From contig JAIMJL010000003.1 in assembly GCA_020693225.1 (NCBI GenBank), positions 1 to 62,373 on the forward strand: 62,373 bases of DNA, written 5' to 3'. A program made the translations under genes and the position numbers. The notes beneath the pieces were generated by a model. The model had not been told where the DNA came from, ran no database searches, and saw only the letters and a program-made list of their open reading frames with translations. The stretch comes from Sandarakinorhabdus sp. Lineage in GTDB: Bacteria > Pseudomonadota > Alphaproteobacteria > Sphingomonadales > Sphingomonadaceae. Of this stretch, positions 47,079 to 57,548 are shown one piece after another. Position 1 is the stretch's first letter; every line of letters begins with the position of its first letter.

Positions 47079-48292
47079 TGCCGGGCGCGCTGGACGGGCT
47101 GAAGGTGCTCGATCTGTCTCGCGTGCTCGCAGGCCCCTATGCCGCGCAGATGCTGGGCGATCTGGGTGCCGAGGTCATCAAGGTCGAGCGGCCCGGAAAA
47201 GGCGACGACACGCGCGCCTGGGGCCCGCCCTGGGGCACCAATGCCGATGGGACGCAGGGCGATGCCAGCTATTACAGCGCCTGCAACCGCAACAAACGCA
47301 GCCTCACGCTCAACCTGCACAGCCCGCAAGGCGTGGCAATCGCCAAGCAATTAATGGCCTGGGCGGATGTGGTGATCGAGAATTACAAGACCGGCGACCT
47401 GGCCCGGTACGGACTGGACTATCAGGCGGCGAGCGCGGAAAATCCGCGCCTGATCTGGTGTTCCATCACCGGTTTCGGACACCAAAGCCCGAACGCGGCG
47501 CGCGCCGGCTATGATTTCATGATCCAGGCGGAAAGCGGCCTGATGGATATCACCGGTGAAGCCGATGGCCGCCCGTTGCGCGCCGGGGTGGCGGTTTCCG
47601 ACCTCACCACGGGCATGATGGCCAGCACCGCGATCCTCGCCGCACTCAATCATCGCCACGCCAGTGGGCTCGGCCAGCATATAGATATGGCGCTGTTCGA
47701 TGTGACGCTGGGATGGCTGGCGAACCAGGCAAGCAGCTGGCTGGTGGGCGGGGTGGAGCCCGTGCGCATGGGCAACCAGCACCCCTCCATCGTGCCCTAT
47801 CAGGATTTCCCCACCGCCACCCGTCCGATTGCGCTTGCCGTGGGCAATGATAGCCAGTTCCGCGCCTTTGCGCGGTTGGTGGGTCATCCGGAATGGGCGG
47901 ACGATTCGGATTTCCAGACGTCGGCAGCGCGCGCCCGGACGCGGGCGACACTCGTCCCGATGGTGGAAGCGGTGCTGAAGACGCGGCCGGCCGAAGAATG
48001 GCTGGCCCTGCTGTCGGAGGCCGGGGTTCCCGCCGGCCCGATCGCCAGCGTGCGCGAGGCGCTCGAAAGCCCGCAGGCACGCGCGAGGGGCCTAGTGGTC
48101 AATCAGCGCCATGCCCGACGGGGTGCGGTAAAAACCGTTGCTCAGCCGCTGGCGCTCAGCGCAACACCGCCGGCCTACACCTTGTCGCCGCCCGATATCG
48201 GCGAGCATAGCCGCGAGATCCTGCGCTCGCTTGGTCATGCTGATGCCGCCATCGATGCGCTGATCGCCGCTGGCGTTACCTCGGAACCGTGA
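47078..48292 (+). CDS. CaiB/BaiF family III CoA-transferase
   Basis: KVLDLSRVLAGP, LGAEVIKVE, NRNKRS, AGYDFMIQAESG. Confidence 0.93.
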   Translation: MPGALDGLKVLDLSRVLAGPYAAQMLGDLGAEVIKVERPGKGDDTRAWGPPWGTNADGTQGDASYYSACNRNKRSLTLNLHSPQGVAIAKQLMAWADVVIENYKTGDLARYGLDYQAASAENPRLIWCSITGFGHQSPNAARAGYDFMIQAESGLMDITGEADGRPLRAGVAVSDLTTGMMASTAILAALNHRHASGLGQHIDMALFDVTLGWLANQASSWLVGGVEPVRMGNQHPSIVPYQDFPTATRPIALAVGNDSQFRAFARLVGHPEWADDSDFQTSAARARTRATLVPMVEAVLKTRPAEEWLALLSEAGVPAGPIASVREALESPQARARGLVVNQRHARRGAVKTVAQPLALSATPPAYTLSPPDIGEHSREILRSLGHADAAIDALIAAGVTSEP

Positions 48293-49239
48293 GCGAGCCG
48301 CGCTTCCATCTGCCGCCAGCCGCGCAGATCCGCATGCAAGCCATGGCCGATGGAAGCAACATTCGCGCCATGATCCTGCCGCACCCCAAGCCGCGGGCAA
48401 ATCTGCTGCTGCTGAATGGGCGCGCCGATTTCCTGGAAAAATGGGCAGACGCCTATACCATGCTGCACGTTGCCGGCTTTTCGATTGTCACATGGGATTG
48501 GCGCGGACAGGGCCTTTCCGCCCGCACCTGCACGAATGGATCCGGCCATATCGACAGCTTCGACCGGTGGCTCGCAGATCTTGATGCTCTTGCGCTTTGG
48601 GCCAAGCAGGCCCTGCCCGAAAGCCGCTGGCTGGCACTTGGGCACTCGATGGGCGGGCATCTGCTGCTGCGATGGCTAACAGACCGTGCGCACCAGCCGC
48701 ACGTCCTGCTCCCAGGCCTTGCGGGTGCCATTCTGCTGTCCCCATTTCTGGGTCTTGGGATGAGCTGGGCGCTGCGGGTGGCGGTGCTACAGCAGGCGCG
48801 GCGCGAAGTGGCGCGCGGCAATGGCGAGGCCTTCGCCTGGGGGCAGAAGCCCTATGGAGCGGTGCAGCAAGCCGATATGCGGATGCTGCTGCTCACGGCG
48901 TCCAGGGAACGTTTCGAGGACGAGCATCGCTGGCTGGCGGCCCGGCCGGAGATGGCGATCGGCGGCGTCAGCTGGGGCTGGCTAAATGCGTTTGCCCAAA
49001 GCCAGGACAAGCTGGATGCCGAGCCACTCGATGTGCACGGCCTGCCGCTGCTCATGCTGCTGGGCAGCCGGGAGAAGCTGGTGAGCGCCCCGGCGGCGCT
49101 GGCGACCGCGAAACGGCTTCCGCATTGCCAGACCGTGATCATCGAAGGCGCGGCGCACGAACTGCTTCGGGAAGCCGATGGCCCGCGCCAATCCACCCTC
49201 TCCCACATCGTGACATTTGCCGATAAGGTGCATGCATGA
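48289..49239 (+). CDS. alpha/beta hydrolase (lysophospholipase PldB-like)
   Basis: WDWRGQGLS, GHSMGG nucleophile elbow, GAAHELLRE. Confidence 0.9.
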   Translation: MSEPRFHLPPAAQIRMQAMADGSNIRAMILPHPKPRANLLLLNGRADFLEKWADAYTMLHVAGFSIVTWDWRGQGLSARTCTNGSGHIDSFDRWLADLDALALWAKQALPESRWLALGHSMGGHLLLRWLTDRAHQPHVLLPGLAGAILLSPFLGLGMSWALRVAVLQQARREVARGNGEAFAWGQKPYGAVQQADMRMLLLTASRERFEDEHRWLAARPEMAIGGVSWGWLNAFAQSQDKLDAEPLDVHGLPLLMLLGSREKLVSAPAALATAKRLPHCQTVIIEGAAHELLREADGPRQSTLSHIVTFADKVHA

Positions 49240-50342
49240 CCTACGACATCGCCATCATCGGCGCCGGAATTGCCGGCGCAAGCCTCGGCTGGGCACTGCT
49301 GGACCGCGCACCGCAGCTGAAGCTGGTGCTGCTGGAAGCCGAGGAAGCGCCTGGCTATCACACCACCGGGCGATCCGCAGCTTTTTACGCCGAAACCTAT
49401 GGCGGGCCGGATGTGCAACCGCTCACCACGGCCTCCAAGGCCTTCTTCCAGAGCCCGCCGAAGGGCTTTTCCGAAACGGCCATCCTGGCGCCGCGCGGGG
49501 CGCTGCACATCCGCCATGCGGATGCGCCCGGAACACTGGCGGCGCTGGAAGATGAGTTCAAGCAGGGCAAGGTCGCGCACCAGCGGCTTGGCCCGGAAGG
49601 CATTGTGAAGCTGGTGCCGCAGCTGCGCGCGGAATGGACGCAGACGGCGATCTGGGAGCCGGGCTGTGCCGATATCGATGTGGCAGCGCTGCACCAGGCC
49701 TATATCCGCGGCATGAAGAAAGCGGGCGGCGAGCTGGTCTTGAATGCCCGGGCCGAGCGAATCGAAAAAGCTGCTGGCGGCTGGACCATTGATACCCCGT
49801 CAGGCGCGGTGCAGGCAGCGCGCATCGTGAATGCTGCCGGCGCCTGGGCCGATGCCGTGGCGGCGATGGCGGGCGTGAAGCCGATCGGAATCGCCGCCCT
49901 TCGCCGCACCATCGTGGTCACTGAGGTGCGCCCGGATGCACCGGCGGATCTGCCGGTGGTGATGGATGCGGGTGGCTCGCTCTATTTCAAGCCCGACGCT
50001 GGCAGGCTGTGGATTTCGCCGCACGACGAAACCCCCGATGTGCCGCACGATGTGCAGCCGGACGAAATGGACATGGCGATCGCGCTCGATCGCTTCGAGC
50101 AGATGTGCGACTGGCCCATTCGCCGGCTGGCATCGAAATGGGCGGGCCTGCGCAATTTTGCGCCCGATCGCCTGCCGGTGCTGGGAAGCGATCCTGCCGA
50201 GCCGGGATTTTTCTGGTGCGCAGGGCAGGGTGGCTGGGGCATCCAGACCGCTCCGGCGGCAGCCGAGATGGGCGCGGCGTTGCTGCTGGGCGAAGAGCCC
50301 GGCCTCGATCCGGCGCTTTATTGCGCCAGCCGGTTCGGCTAG
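49236..50342 (+). CDS. FAD-dependent oxidoreductase (DAO family)
   Basis: IIGAGIAG, TTGRSAA, VNAAGAWAD, WAGLR, GQGGWGIQTAP. Confidence 0.9.
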   Translation: MTYDIAIIGAGIAGASLGWALLDRAPQLKLVLLEAEEAPGYHTTGRSAAFYAETYGGPDVQPLTTASKAFFQSPPKGFSETAILAPRGALHIRHADAPGTLAALEDEFKQGKVAHQRLGPEGIVKLVPQLRAEWTQTAIWEPGCADIDVAALHQAYIRGMKKAGGELVLNARAERIEKAAGGWTIDTPSGAVQAARIVNAAGAWADAVAAMAGVKPIGIAALRRTIVVTEVRPDAPADLPVVMDAGGSLYFKPDAGRLWISPHDETPDVPHDVQPDEMDMAIALDRFEQMCDWPIRRLASKWAGLRNFAPDRLPVLGSDPAEPGFFWCAGQGGWGIQTAPAAAEMGAALLLGEEPGLDPALYCASRFG

Positions 50343-50418
50343 CACCATCTCCCTTGCGCGCAAGGAATCGAAAGCTGTTCTTGCCTGCTTTCCCACATAT
50401 GGTAAGGTTTTGTCTTAT

Positions 50419-51177
50419 ATGCGCAACATGTTGAATTTTCAGTCACCGCTTTCCCTCATCTGCATGGCGTCGGCCACGCTGGCACTGGCCGCGTGTGATT
50501 CGGGCACCTCCAACGCTGCCGCACCGAAGGCGGGCACAGCCGCCCCTAAGGCGGGCGTTTCGCAGGACTGGACGGCCACGGTCATCGCAACGCCCGAAGG
50601 CGGCTTTCGGATGGGCAATCCCGACGCCAAGGTGAAGATTGTGGAGTTTGCCAGCTTCACCTGCAGCCATTGCCGGGATTTCCACCTGGAAGCGGCCGAC
50701 AGCCTGAAGAACAGCTATGTGAAGGGAGGGCAGGTTTCCTATGAATATCGCCCCTTCCTGCTGAACATCTATGATTTTGCCGCCGTTCTGGTTGCCAAGT
50801 GCGAAGGGCCCTCACAGTTCTTCACCTGGGCCAATGAACTCTATTCCAACCACGATGCCTGGGTTATGCCCTTCACGAAGCTGACTGAAGCCGATATCGC
50901 GCCGCTGAAATCGCTGGCACCGGATCAGCAGATCAAGGGCCTGGCGATGGCCGGCGGCATGCACGATTTCGTGAAGCCGCGCGGCATGCCCAAGGCGAAG
51001 TTTGAACAATGCCTGTCGGACCAGGCGGCAATGGAAAAGCTGACCGCCAGCCAGCAGGCGGCGGTGGATAGCTATCAGATCCAGGGCACTCCCACGTTTC
51101 TGCTGAACGGCAAGAAGCTGGAGATTGCGCCGAACTGGACCGCCCTGCAGCCGAAGATAGACGAGGCGCTGCGCTGA
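50419..51177 (+). CDS. DsbA-family thioredoxin-fold lipoprotein
   Basis: Lipobox LAAC, MGNPDAKVKIVEFASFTCSHC, GTPTF. Confidence 0.9.
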   Translation: MRNMLNFQSPLSLICMASATLALAACDSGTSNAAAPKAGTAAPKAGVSQDWTATVIATPEGGFRMGNPDAKVKIVEFASFTCSHCRDFHLEAADSLKNSYVKGGQVSYEYRPFLLNIYDFAAVLVAKCEGPSQFFTWANELYSNHDAWVMPFTKLTEADIAPLKSLAPDQQIKGLAMAGGMHDFVKPRGMPKAKFEQCLSDQAAMEKLTASQQAAVDSYQIQGTPTFLLNGKKLEIAPNWTALQPKIDEALR

Positions 51178-51181
51178 TTTG

Positions 51182-54100
51182 ATGCGGTTCGAGCGGCTCA
51201 AGCTTGCAGGGTTCAAATCCTTCGTCGAGCCCACCGAACTGCACATATTGGACGGATTGACCGGTGTTGTCGGCCCCAATGGCTGCGGCAAATCCAACCT
51301 GCTGGAAGCCATTCGCTGGGTGATGGGCGAATCCTCGGCCAAGTCACTGCGCGTGCAATCGGGCGGGGCGGGGATGGACGAGGTCATCTTCGCCGGCACG
51401 GCGAAGCGCCCAAGCCGCGATGTGGCGCAAGTGGTGCTCACGCTGGACAATCGAGATCGCACGGCGCCGCCGCAATTCAATGGGGACGACCGGCTGGAGA
51501 TTGGCCGGGAAATCTGGCGCGGCGAAGGTTCGAACTACAGCATCAATGGCCGCGATGTGCGGGCCAAGGATGTGCAGCTGCTGTTTGCGGACGCGGCAAC
51601 GGGCGCGCATTCGCCGGCGCTGGTAAGCCAGGGGCGGGTGGCGGCGATCATCGCCGCCAAGCCGCAGGAGCGCCGCCTGCTGTTGGAAGAGGCCGCTGGA
51701 ATCAGCGGCCTGAACGTGCGCCGCAAGGACGCCGAAACCCGGCTGCGCGCAGCCGATGCCAATTTGCTGCGACTGGATGATGTGATGCGCGGCAGCGAGG
51801 CGCAGGCCAGCGCGCTGCGCCGGCAGGCAAAAGCCGCCGAACGCTATCGAACTCTGTCGGAAACCATCCACAGCACCGAAGCAGCCATTTTGCGGCTGCA
51901 ATGGGATCGCGCGACCGCAGAGCTGGCGGATGCTGAAAAGGCTCTTGCAGGCGCTGATGCGAACTTGGCGCAAGCCACGAGCGACGCCGCGCGCGCCTCC
52001 ACCGCACAGGCCAATGCCGCAACCGGCCTGCCACCAAAGCGCCAGGCCGAGGCGAGCCTGGCCGCTGCCTTGCAAAGACTCTCAACCGAGCGGGCGACGC
52101 TGGTGGCCGAACGCGCGGCAGCGGCGCAACGGCTGGCCGATCTCGCAGCCGCTTTGGAAAGTGCTGCCACCGATCAGGAAAGCGCCCGCGCCCGCGCCCG
52201 TGATTCGGCCGCCACGCAGGAGCGGCTGGCCGCTGAACGCACCGCAGCTGCAGACGCAGCGCGCGACGCGGAAGCGCAATCCCGGCCGCAGGCGGAAGCG
52301 GTTGCGGCCGCCGAGCGCAGCGCCACCGAAACCGAGCGCGCGCTGGCCACGGCGGTGGAGGCGCACGCCGCGCTGGTGGCCGAGGGGCGCAGCACCCGGG
52401 CGCAAGCGGAAGCCAGCACGGCGCGCGCCGATCGGCTGGAAGCGGAGGCCGGCCGCCAGAAGCGGGAGCTGGAACGGCTGCAGTCCGATACCAACCATTC
52501 CTCGATTGATGCGCAGCTTCTGCAGGCCGAGGCCGATCTTCAAGGCAAGACCGCCGCAGCGCAAACCGCGGCCGAAGCAATCGAATCTGCCGAGCGGGAT
52601 GCGCAAGCGGCCGCGCGCGCCCGCGAAGCAGTTGAAAAGGCGCTGTCCACGGCCCGCAGCGAAGTTGCCAGCCTGGAAGCCGAGGCTGCGGCCCTGGACC
52701 GGCTGAAGGCTGGTGCTGCACCCCGCGCCAAGGGACGGGTCAACCTGTCGGTCGCCGCTGGATATGAAGCCGCGACAGCCGCGGCGCTGGGCGATGATAT
52801 TCATGCCGCGATCGGTGCGGCGGACGATGAGGCAAAGCCCGTCCGTCGATGGCTCGGCACCGTGGCGCAGAACGATCCCGCCCTGCCGGATGGCGTTGCC
52901 CCCCTGGCCCCCCACGTGACCGCACCGCCAGAGCTGGCTCGCTGTCTGGCCCAGATTGGCGTCGTGGATTCGGCACCCACCGCCGCCCTGCTGGCAAGCC
53001 TTCGCATCGGCCAGCGCCTGGTGAGCCGCGACGGTCGCCTGTGGCGCTGGGACGGCTTTTTCGCGCCATCCGGTGGCACGGCGGTCGCCGTTGCCGAAGA
53101 TCTGGCGCAAGACAATCGCCGCCGCGAGATTGCATCCGCGCTGGTCGAACCCAGGGCTCGACTTGCGACGGCCGCGGCCGAGCTGGCGGTGCAGCAATCA
53201 GCCTTTGCGCGCGCAACCGACGCCGAGCGCAAGGCCCGCGCCGCCCGCACCGAGGCCGATCGCGCGCGCGAGCAGCTGGCCGGTCGGCTGCAAGGGCTGC
53301 GCGCTGCGGCGGCTCAGGCAAATGCCCGGATGGCGGCAATTTCCGCTTCGATCGAGCGGCTGGCTGCCGAGGGCAGCAGCGCCCGCGCCGAGGCGGACGC
53401 TGCCCGCGCCGCCGTTGCCGCCTTGCCCGACACGGCGATTGCCGCCGAGCGCGTGGGCACCAACCGTACCGCAGCGGAGCGGGCGCGGGCGAATCTGTCT
53501 GCCACCCGCGCCGCGGCCGCTGCCACCGATCGCACGCTTGCGGAGAGCCGCGCGCGTACCGCCAGCCTGACGCGGGAAATCGAAAGCTGGCAGGCCCGCG
53601 ATCGGGAGTCCGAAGCTGCCGCTACAGCGCTTGCCGACCGCATCACACGCTTGCGCGCCGACCACAGCGCATTGGTGGGCGAACCGGCGGCCAAGGAGGC
53701 GCGCTTGCGGCTGCTGGACCGCGACATTGCCGACGCCGAACAGGCGAGGGCGCAGGCCGCCGAAGCGGTCATGACCGCAGACCTGGAATTGGCGGAACTG
53801 GATCGCCTGGCCCGGCTGGCCGATTCCCGCGTGGCCGACAGCCGCGAGGCGCGGGCAACGGCCAAGGCCCGCGTGGAGCAGGCCGGCGATCGATGCGAGA
53901 CGCTGGCGCAAGATGCCAGCAGCCGCTTCGGCATCAGCCCCGGCGATCTTCCAGCTGCCAGCGAGTCGGTCAGCCTGCCTGACATGGAAGCGTCGCTGGT
54001 CAGCATGATCGCCGAGCGCGAGCGACTGGGCATTGTCAACCTGCGCGCTGATATGGAACTGCGAGAAATCGAAGAAACCCTCGCTACACAGTCTGCCGAA

Positions 54101-54649
54101 AAGGCCGAGCTGGAGACGGCGATTGCCCGCTTGCGCGGCTCGATCGGTAGCCTGAATCGCGAAGGCCGCGCCCGGCTGATGCTGGCTTTCCAACAGGTGG
54201 ACGGGCATTTCCGTGAGCTGTTTGTGACCCTGTTTGGCGGCGGATCTGCCGAACTGGCGATGATCGAAAGCGATGATCCGCTGGATGCGGGCCTCGAAAT
54301 CCGTGCCCAGCCGCCCGGCAAGAAGCTGCAGTCACTGTCGCTGTTGTCCGGCGGCGAGCAGGCGCTGACCGCCATCGCCCTGATCTTTGGTCTGTTTCTC
54401 ACCAACCCGGCGCCGATCTGCGTGCTGGATGAAGTGGATGCCCCGCTAGACGACGCCAATGTCGAACGCTTCACCAAGCTGTTGCAGCACATGACAAGCG
54501 TGACCGACACCCGCTTCCTCATCGTGACCCACAATCCGGTGACCATGGCAGCCATGCACCGGCTGTATGGCGTTACCATGAGCGAGCCGGGCATCAGCCA
54601 GCTGGTCTCGGTGCAGCTGGCCGAGGCCGAAGCCCTTTTGGCGGCGTGA
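51182..54649 (+). CDS. smc: chromosome segregation protein SMC
   Basis: GFKSF, GPNGCGKSN, long coiled coils, LSGGEQAL, LDEVDAPLDDAN. Confidence 0.96.
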   Translation: MRFERLKLAGFKSFVEPTELHILDGLTGVVGPNGCGKSNLLEAIRWVMGESSAKSLRVQSGGAGMDEVIFAGTAKRPSRDVAQVVLTLDNRDRTAPPQFNGDDRLEIGREIWRGEGSNYSINGRDVRAKDVQLLFADAATGAHSPALVSQGRVAAIIAAKPQERRLLLEEAAGISGLNVRRKDAETRLRAADANLLRLDDVMRGSEAQASALRRQAKAAERYRTLSETIHSTEAAILRLQWDRATAELADAEKALAGADANLAQATSDAARASTAQANAATGLPPKRQAEASLAAALQRLSTERATLVAERAAAAQRLADLAAALESAATDQESARARARDSAATQERLAAERTAAADAARDAEAQSRPQAEAVAAAERSATETERALATAVEAHAALVAEGRSTRAQAEASTARADRLEAEAGRQKRELERLQSDTNHSSIDAQLLQAEADLQGKTAAAQTAAEAIESAERDAQAAARAREAVEKALSTARSEVASLEAEAAALDRLKAGAAPRAKGRVNLSVAAGYEAATAAALGDDIHAAIGAADDEAKPVRRWLGTVAQNDPALPDGVAPLAPHVTAPPELARCLAQIGVVDSAPTAALLASLRIGQRLVSRDGRLWRWDGFFAPSGGTAVAVAEDLAQDNRRREIASALVEPRARLATAAAELAVQQSAFARATDAERKARAARTEADRAREQLAGRLQGLRAAAAQANARMAAISASIERLAAEGSSARAEADAARAAVAALPDTAIAAERVGTNRTAAERARANLSATRAAAAATDRTLAESRARTASLTREIESWQARDRESEAAATALADRITRLRADHSALVGEPAAKEARLRLLDRDIADAEQARAQAAEAVMTADLELAELDRLARLADSRVADSREARATAKARVEQAGDRCETLAQDASSRFGISPGDLPAASESVSLPDMEASLVSMIAERERLGIVNLRADMELREIEETLATQSAEKAELETAIARLRGSIGSLNREGRARLMLAFQQVDGHFRELFVTLFGGGSAELAMIESDDPLDAGLEIRAQPPGKKLQSLSLLSGGEQALTAIALIFGLFLTNPAPICVLDEVDAPLDDANVERFTKLLQHMTSVTDTRFLIVTHNPVTMAAMHRLYGVTMSEPGISQLVSVQLAEAEALLAA

Positions 54650-54829
54650 TCCGCCGGGAGCAGGGTTTTGCCGAAAGCGTGAGCGCCCTTTGTGACAGCG
54701 ACGCTACTTGACCTGAACCGCTGCCCCCTCTAACGGGGCAACGCTTCGACGGCACCAGCCGGCGGGGGCATGCTGCATTTGCGCGACACGCGCATCGCAG
54801 GCGTGGACATTCCCAGGAAGGGACGTTGC

Positions 54830-55192
54830 TTGACCGACCCCGACCGCCAGCGCGACCTCGACGATCTCGAGGCCAGGCTGGCAGCGGCCAAGGCAAGGCA
54901 CGAACCCGATGCTCGGGAAATTGCCACGTCAGCACTTGCAGCCAGCACCCGCTACGCGATGGAAATCGCGGTGGCGACGGTCGTTGGCGGTGCCATTGGC
55001 TGGCAACTGGATCGTTGGTTGGGCACCAAGCCCTGGCTTGCCATCCTGTTCCTTCTGTTGGGGCTGGCAGCCGGCTTCATCAATCTGCTTCGCGCGGTAA
55101 ACCGCGAGACAGAAGCGATGCTGGCGGCAGAGGCAGAAAGGTCTGCGGGCAAGGCAAAAGCCGGGCGCGCAGACGATGAAGAGACGCACTGA
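54830..55192 (+). CDS. atpI: ATP synthase protein I (AtpZ/AtpI family)
   Basis: GWQLDRWLGTKPW with two TM helices, first gene of the Fo operon; TTG start inferred. Confidence 0.88.
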   Translation: MTDPDRQRDLDDLEARLAAAKARHEPDAREIATSALAASTRYAMEIAVATVVGGAIGWQLDRWLGTKPWLAILFLLLGLAAGFINLLRAVNRETEAMLAAEAERSAGKAKAGRADDEETH

Positions 55193-55212
55193 AGGGTCAC
55201 CGCAAGGTCAAT

Positions 55213-55959
55213 ATGGCAAGTCCACTCGAACAGTTTGCGATTACCCGCTACACCGACTTGAGTGTCGCTGGTCTGGACGCCAGCTTCACGAACGCGGCGC
55301 TGTTCATGATGGTGGCCACCGGCCTCATCTGGCTGTTCATGTTCGCCGGCCTGCGGCAATCGGCCCTTGTTCCCGGTCGCTGGCAGGCGGCGGTGGAAGG
55401 CCTGTATGAGTTCATCGTCGGCATGGTGCATGAAAACATCGGCCCCAAAGGTCGCGCCTTCATTCCCTTCATTTTCACGCTGTTCCTTTTCATTCTGGTG
55501 CTGAACCTGATCGGCCTGCTGCCCTTCAGTTTCACCGTGACCAGCCACCTTGCGGTCACCTTCGCCTTTGCCGCGCTCATCTTTGTCATGTGTGTCGTGA
55601 TCGGTGTGGTTCGACACGGATTTCACTTCCTGGAACTGTTTGTTCCGCCCAACACGCCGTGGCCGCTGCTGATCCTGATCGTGCCGATCGAGATTATTTC
55701 CTATCTCTCGCGCCCGCTCACCCTTTCCATCCGTCTGTTCGCCAACATGACTGCGGGTCATATCCTGCTCAAGGTGTTTGCCGGCTTCGTCATTTCCCTG
55801 GGCGCAGCCGGTGGCGCGCTGGCCTTCCTGTTTCCGGTGCCGCTTGTCATGACGGTCGCCTTCTTCATTCTCGAGCTGCTTGTGGCCGTGGTGCAAGCCT
55901 ATGTGTTTGCGCTGCTCACCTGCATTTATCTGAACGACAGCATCAATCTCAGCCACTAA
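55213..55959 (+). CDS. atpB: ATP synthase Fo subunit a
   Basis: [10 protein letters not shown]-type motif ([14 protein letters not shown]), VQAYVFALL. Confidence 0.97.
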   Translation: MASPLEQFAITRYTDLSVAGLDASFTNAALFMMVATGLIWLFMFAGLRQSALVPGRWQAAVEGLYEFIVGMVHENIGPKGRAFIPFIFTLFLFILVLNLIGLLPFSFTVTSHLAVTFAFAALIFVMCVVIGVVRHGFHFLELFVPPNTPWPLLILIVPIEIISYLSRPLTLSIRLFANMTAGHILLKVFAGFVISLGAAGGALAFLFPVPLVMTVAFFILELLVAVVQAYVFALLTCIYLNDSINLSH

Positions 55960-55984
55960 CCTGTTATCAAAGAAGGATAATCTA

Positions 55985-56209
55985 ATGGACGCAGAAGCAG
56001 CCAAGCTCATTGGGGCCGGCATCGCATCGATCGGCATGGGCCTCGCGGCAATCGGCGTGGGCCTGTTGTTCGCCATGTTCCTCTCCGGCGCCCTGCGCAA
56101 TCCGGCCGCCGCCGCATCGCAGCGCCCGAACCTGATCTTCGGGTTTGCCGTGACCGAAGCGCTTGGCATCTTTGCCTTCCTCGTCGCGCTCCTGCTGCTG
56201 TTCGCCTGA
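55985..56209 (+). CDS. atpE: ATP synthase Fo subunit c
   Basis: 74 aa hairpin, ALRNP loop, proton-carrying Glu in VTEALGIF. Confidence 0.97.
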   Translation: MDAEAAKLIGAGIASIGMGLAAIGVGLLFAMFLSGALRNPAAAASQRPNLIFGFAVTEALGIFAFLVALLLLFA

Positions 56210-56236
56210 GGCGACTAACAGCAAAGGCCCGTCGCA

Positions 56237-56716
56237 ATGCCCCAGTTCAACTTTGCTGACGCACTGCCGCAGATCCTGTGGCTCGTCGTCATCTTCTCGA
56301 TCCTCTATCTCAGCCTGACGCGCATGTTGCCGAAGGTTGAGCGGATCGTGGAGGACCGTAAGGAACGCATCGCCGCCGATCTGCGCGCCGCGGAAGCCGC
56401 ACGCGCCGAGGCGGAAGGGGCGTCCAGCGGTGGCAGCAATGCCATATCCGATGCCCGCAGCCGTTCGCTTGCCCTCACCGGCAAGGCGCGCGATGCGGCG
56501 GCGGCGGCCACAGCCAAGAAGCTGGCGGCGGTCGATGCGGATCTGGCTGCGAAGGCCGACGCTGCGGCGCAGGGGCTTGCCGGGGCCAAAGCGGCCGCAA
56601 TCGCCGAACTGGATGCAGTCGCGGCCGAAGCGACCATTGATCTCGTGGCGCGTGTTTCGGGGGTTGCCGTTTCCAATGATGAAGCGGCGACAGCCGTCAA
56701 GAAGGTTGCAGCCTGA
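56237..56716 (+). CDS. ATP synthase Fo subunit b'
   Basis: MPQF...QILWL TM followed by coiled coil RIAADL. Confidence 0.92.
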   Translation: MPQFNFADALPQILWLVVIFSILYLSLTRMLPKVERIVEDRKERIAADLRAAEAARAEAEGASSGGSNAISDARSRSLALTGKARDAAAAATAKKLAAVDADLAAKADAAAQGLAGAKAAAIAELDAVAAEATIDLVARVSGVAVSNDEAATAVKKVAA

Positions 56717-57273
56717 TGGCCAGCGAAACCGCAGACACCCACTCGGCCGCGACAGCCGCCGATGGCGGACATACGGAGGCCCACGCCAGCTATCTGGGGT
56801 TGGACAGCTATGGCTGGGTGGCGGTCGCATTCCTGATGTTTGCAGCGCTTCTCTGGAAGTTTGGTGCCTTCAAGATGCTTGGCGGCGCGCTCGATGCGCG
56901 TGCCGACAAGGTTCGTGCGGATCTGGCTGAAGCCGCAGCCTTGAAGGCGGAAGCGCAGGCCCTGAAAGCCAGAGCCGCCGCAGAGGCGGTGCAAGCCGAA
57001 GCCGATGCAAAAGCCATGCTTGCCAATGCCGAGCTGGAAGCCAAGCGCATTGTTGAGCAAGCCACACTGGACGCGGAAACGGCCATCCGCCGCCGCACCC
57101 GTCTGGCCGAAGATCGGATCAGCGCCGAAGCCCGTGCGGCCGAAGCCGATTTGCGTGCCCGTGCGGCAGATATCACCGTGAAAGCAGCCCGCGCTCTGTT
57201 GGTGGAACGCAGCGCATCCGGCGATCTGGCAGGGCTGACGGACGCGGCCATCGCCACACTTGACCGCCGCTGA
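56716..57273 (+). CDS. atpF: ATP synthase Fo subunit b
   Basis: WVAVAFLMF TM, LDARADKVRADLAEA coiled coil. Confidence 0.92.
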   Translation: MASETADTHSAATAADGGHTEAHASYLGLDSYGWVAVAFLMFAALLWKFGAFKMLGGALDARADKVRADLAEAAALKAEAQALKARAAAEAVQAEADAKAMLANAELEAKRIVEQATLDAETAIRRRTRLAEDRISAEARAAEADLRARAADITVKAARALLVERSASGDLAGLTDAAIATLDRR

Positions 57274-57545
57274 CAGGGTATAGCGCGACCTGCACGGTCT
57301 GCTGAACGGGTTTGCCGGTTTCCATCATATACCTTTGCCGTACATAGGTCAGCGGCAGCTTCCGTGCTGCTGGATCAGGAAGCACGAACGAATCGCCGGC
57401 CGCAGCGTTGTTCAGCCCATCCCGCAGCACCTGGGCCAAACGGCTGGGCTTGGGCTCGCCTGCGCCACATCCCGGTCAATGGTTCGAGCATGCCTGCTGC
57501 TGCCGTCGCGCTCGGCGATTGCGGCGTTGGAACCAGCAGGCAGTG
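57274..57545 (-). pseudogene. possible frameshifted gene remnant
   Basis: Two overlapping minus-strand frames with protein-like content (AERDGSSRHARTIDRDVAQ / LAQVLRDGLNN...LPLTYVRQRY...QTVQVALYP) and no proper start. Confidence 0.3.
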
Positions 57546-57548
57546 CGC

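Noticed and set aside
51182-54649. SMC as a Wadjet/Mks-type defence system
   Set aside because: Canonical smc in the usual dsbA-smc-atpI context with no jet or mks partners.
54830-57273. ATP synthase operon lacking F1 genes
   Set aside because: Split Fo and F1 operons are normal in Alphaproteobacteria.
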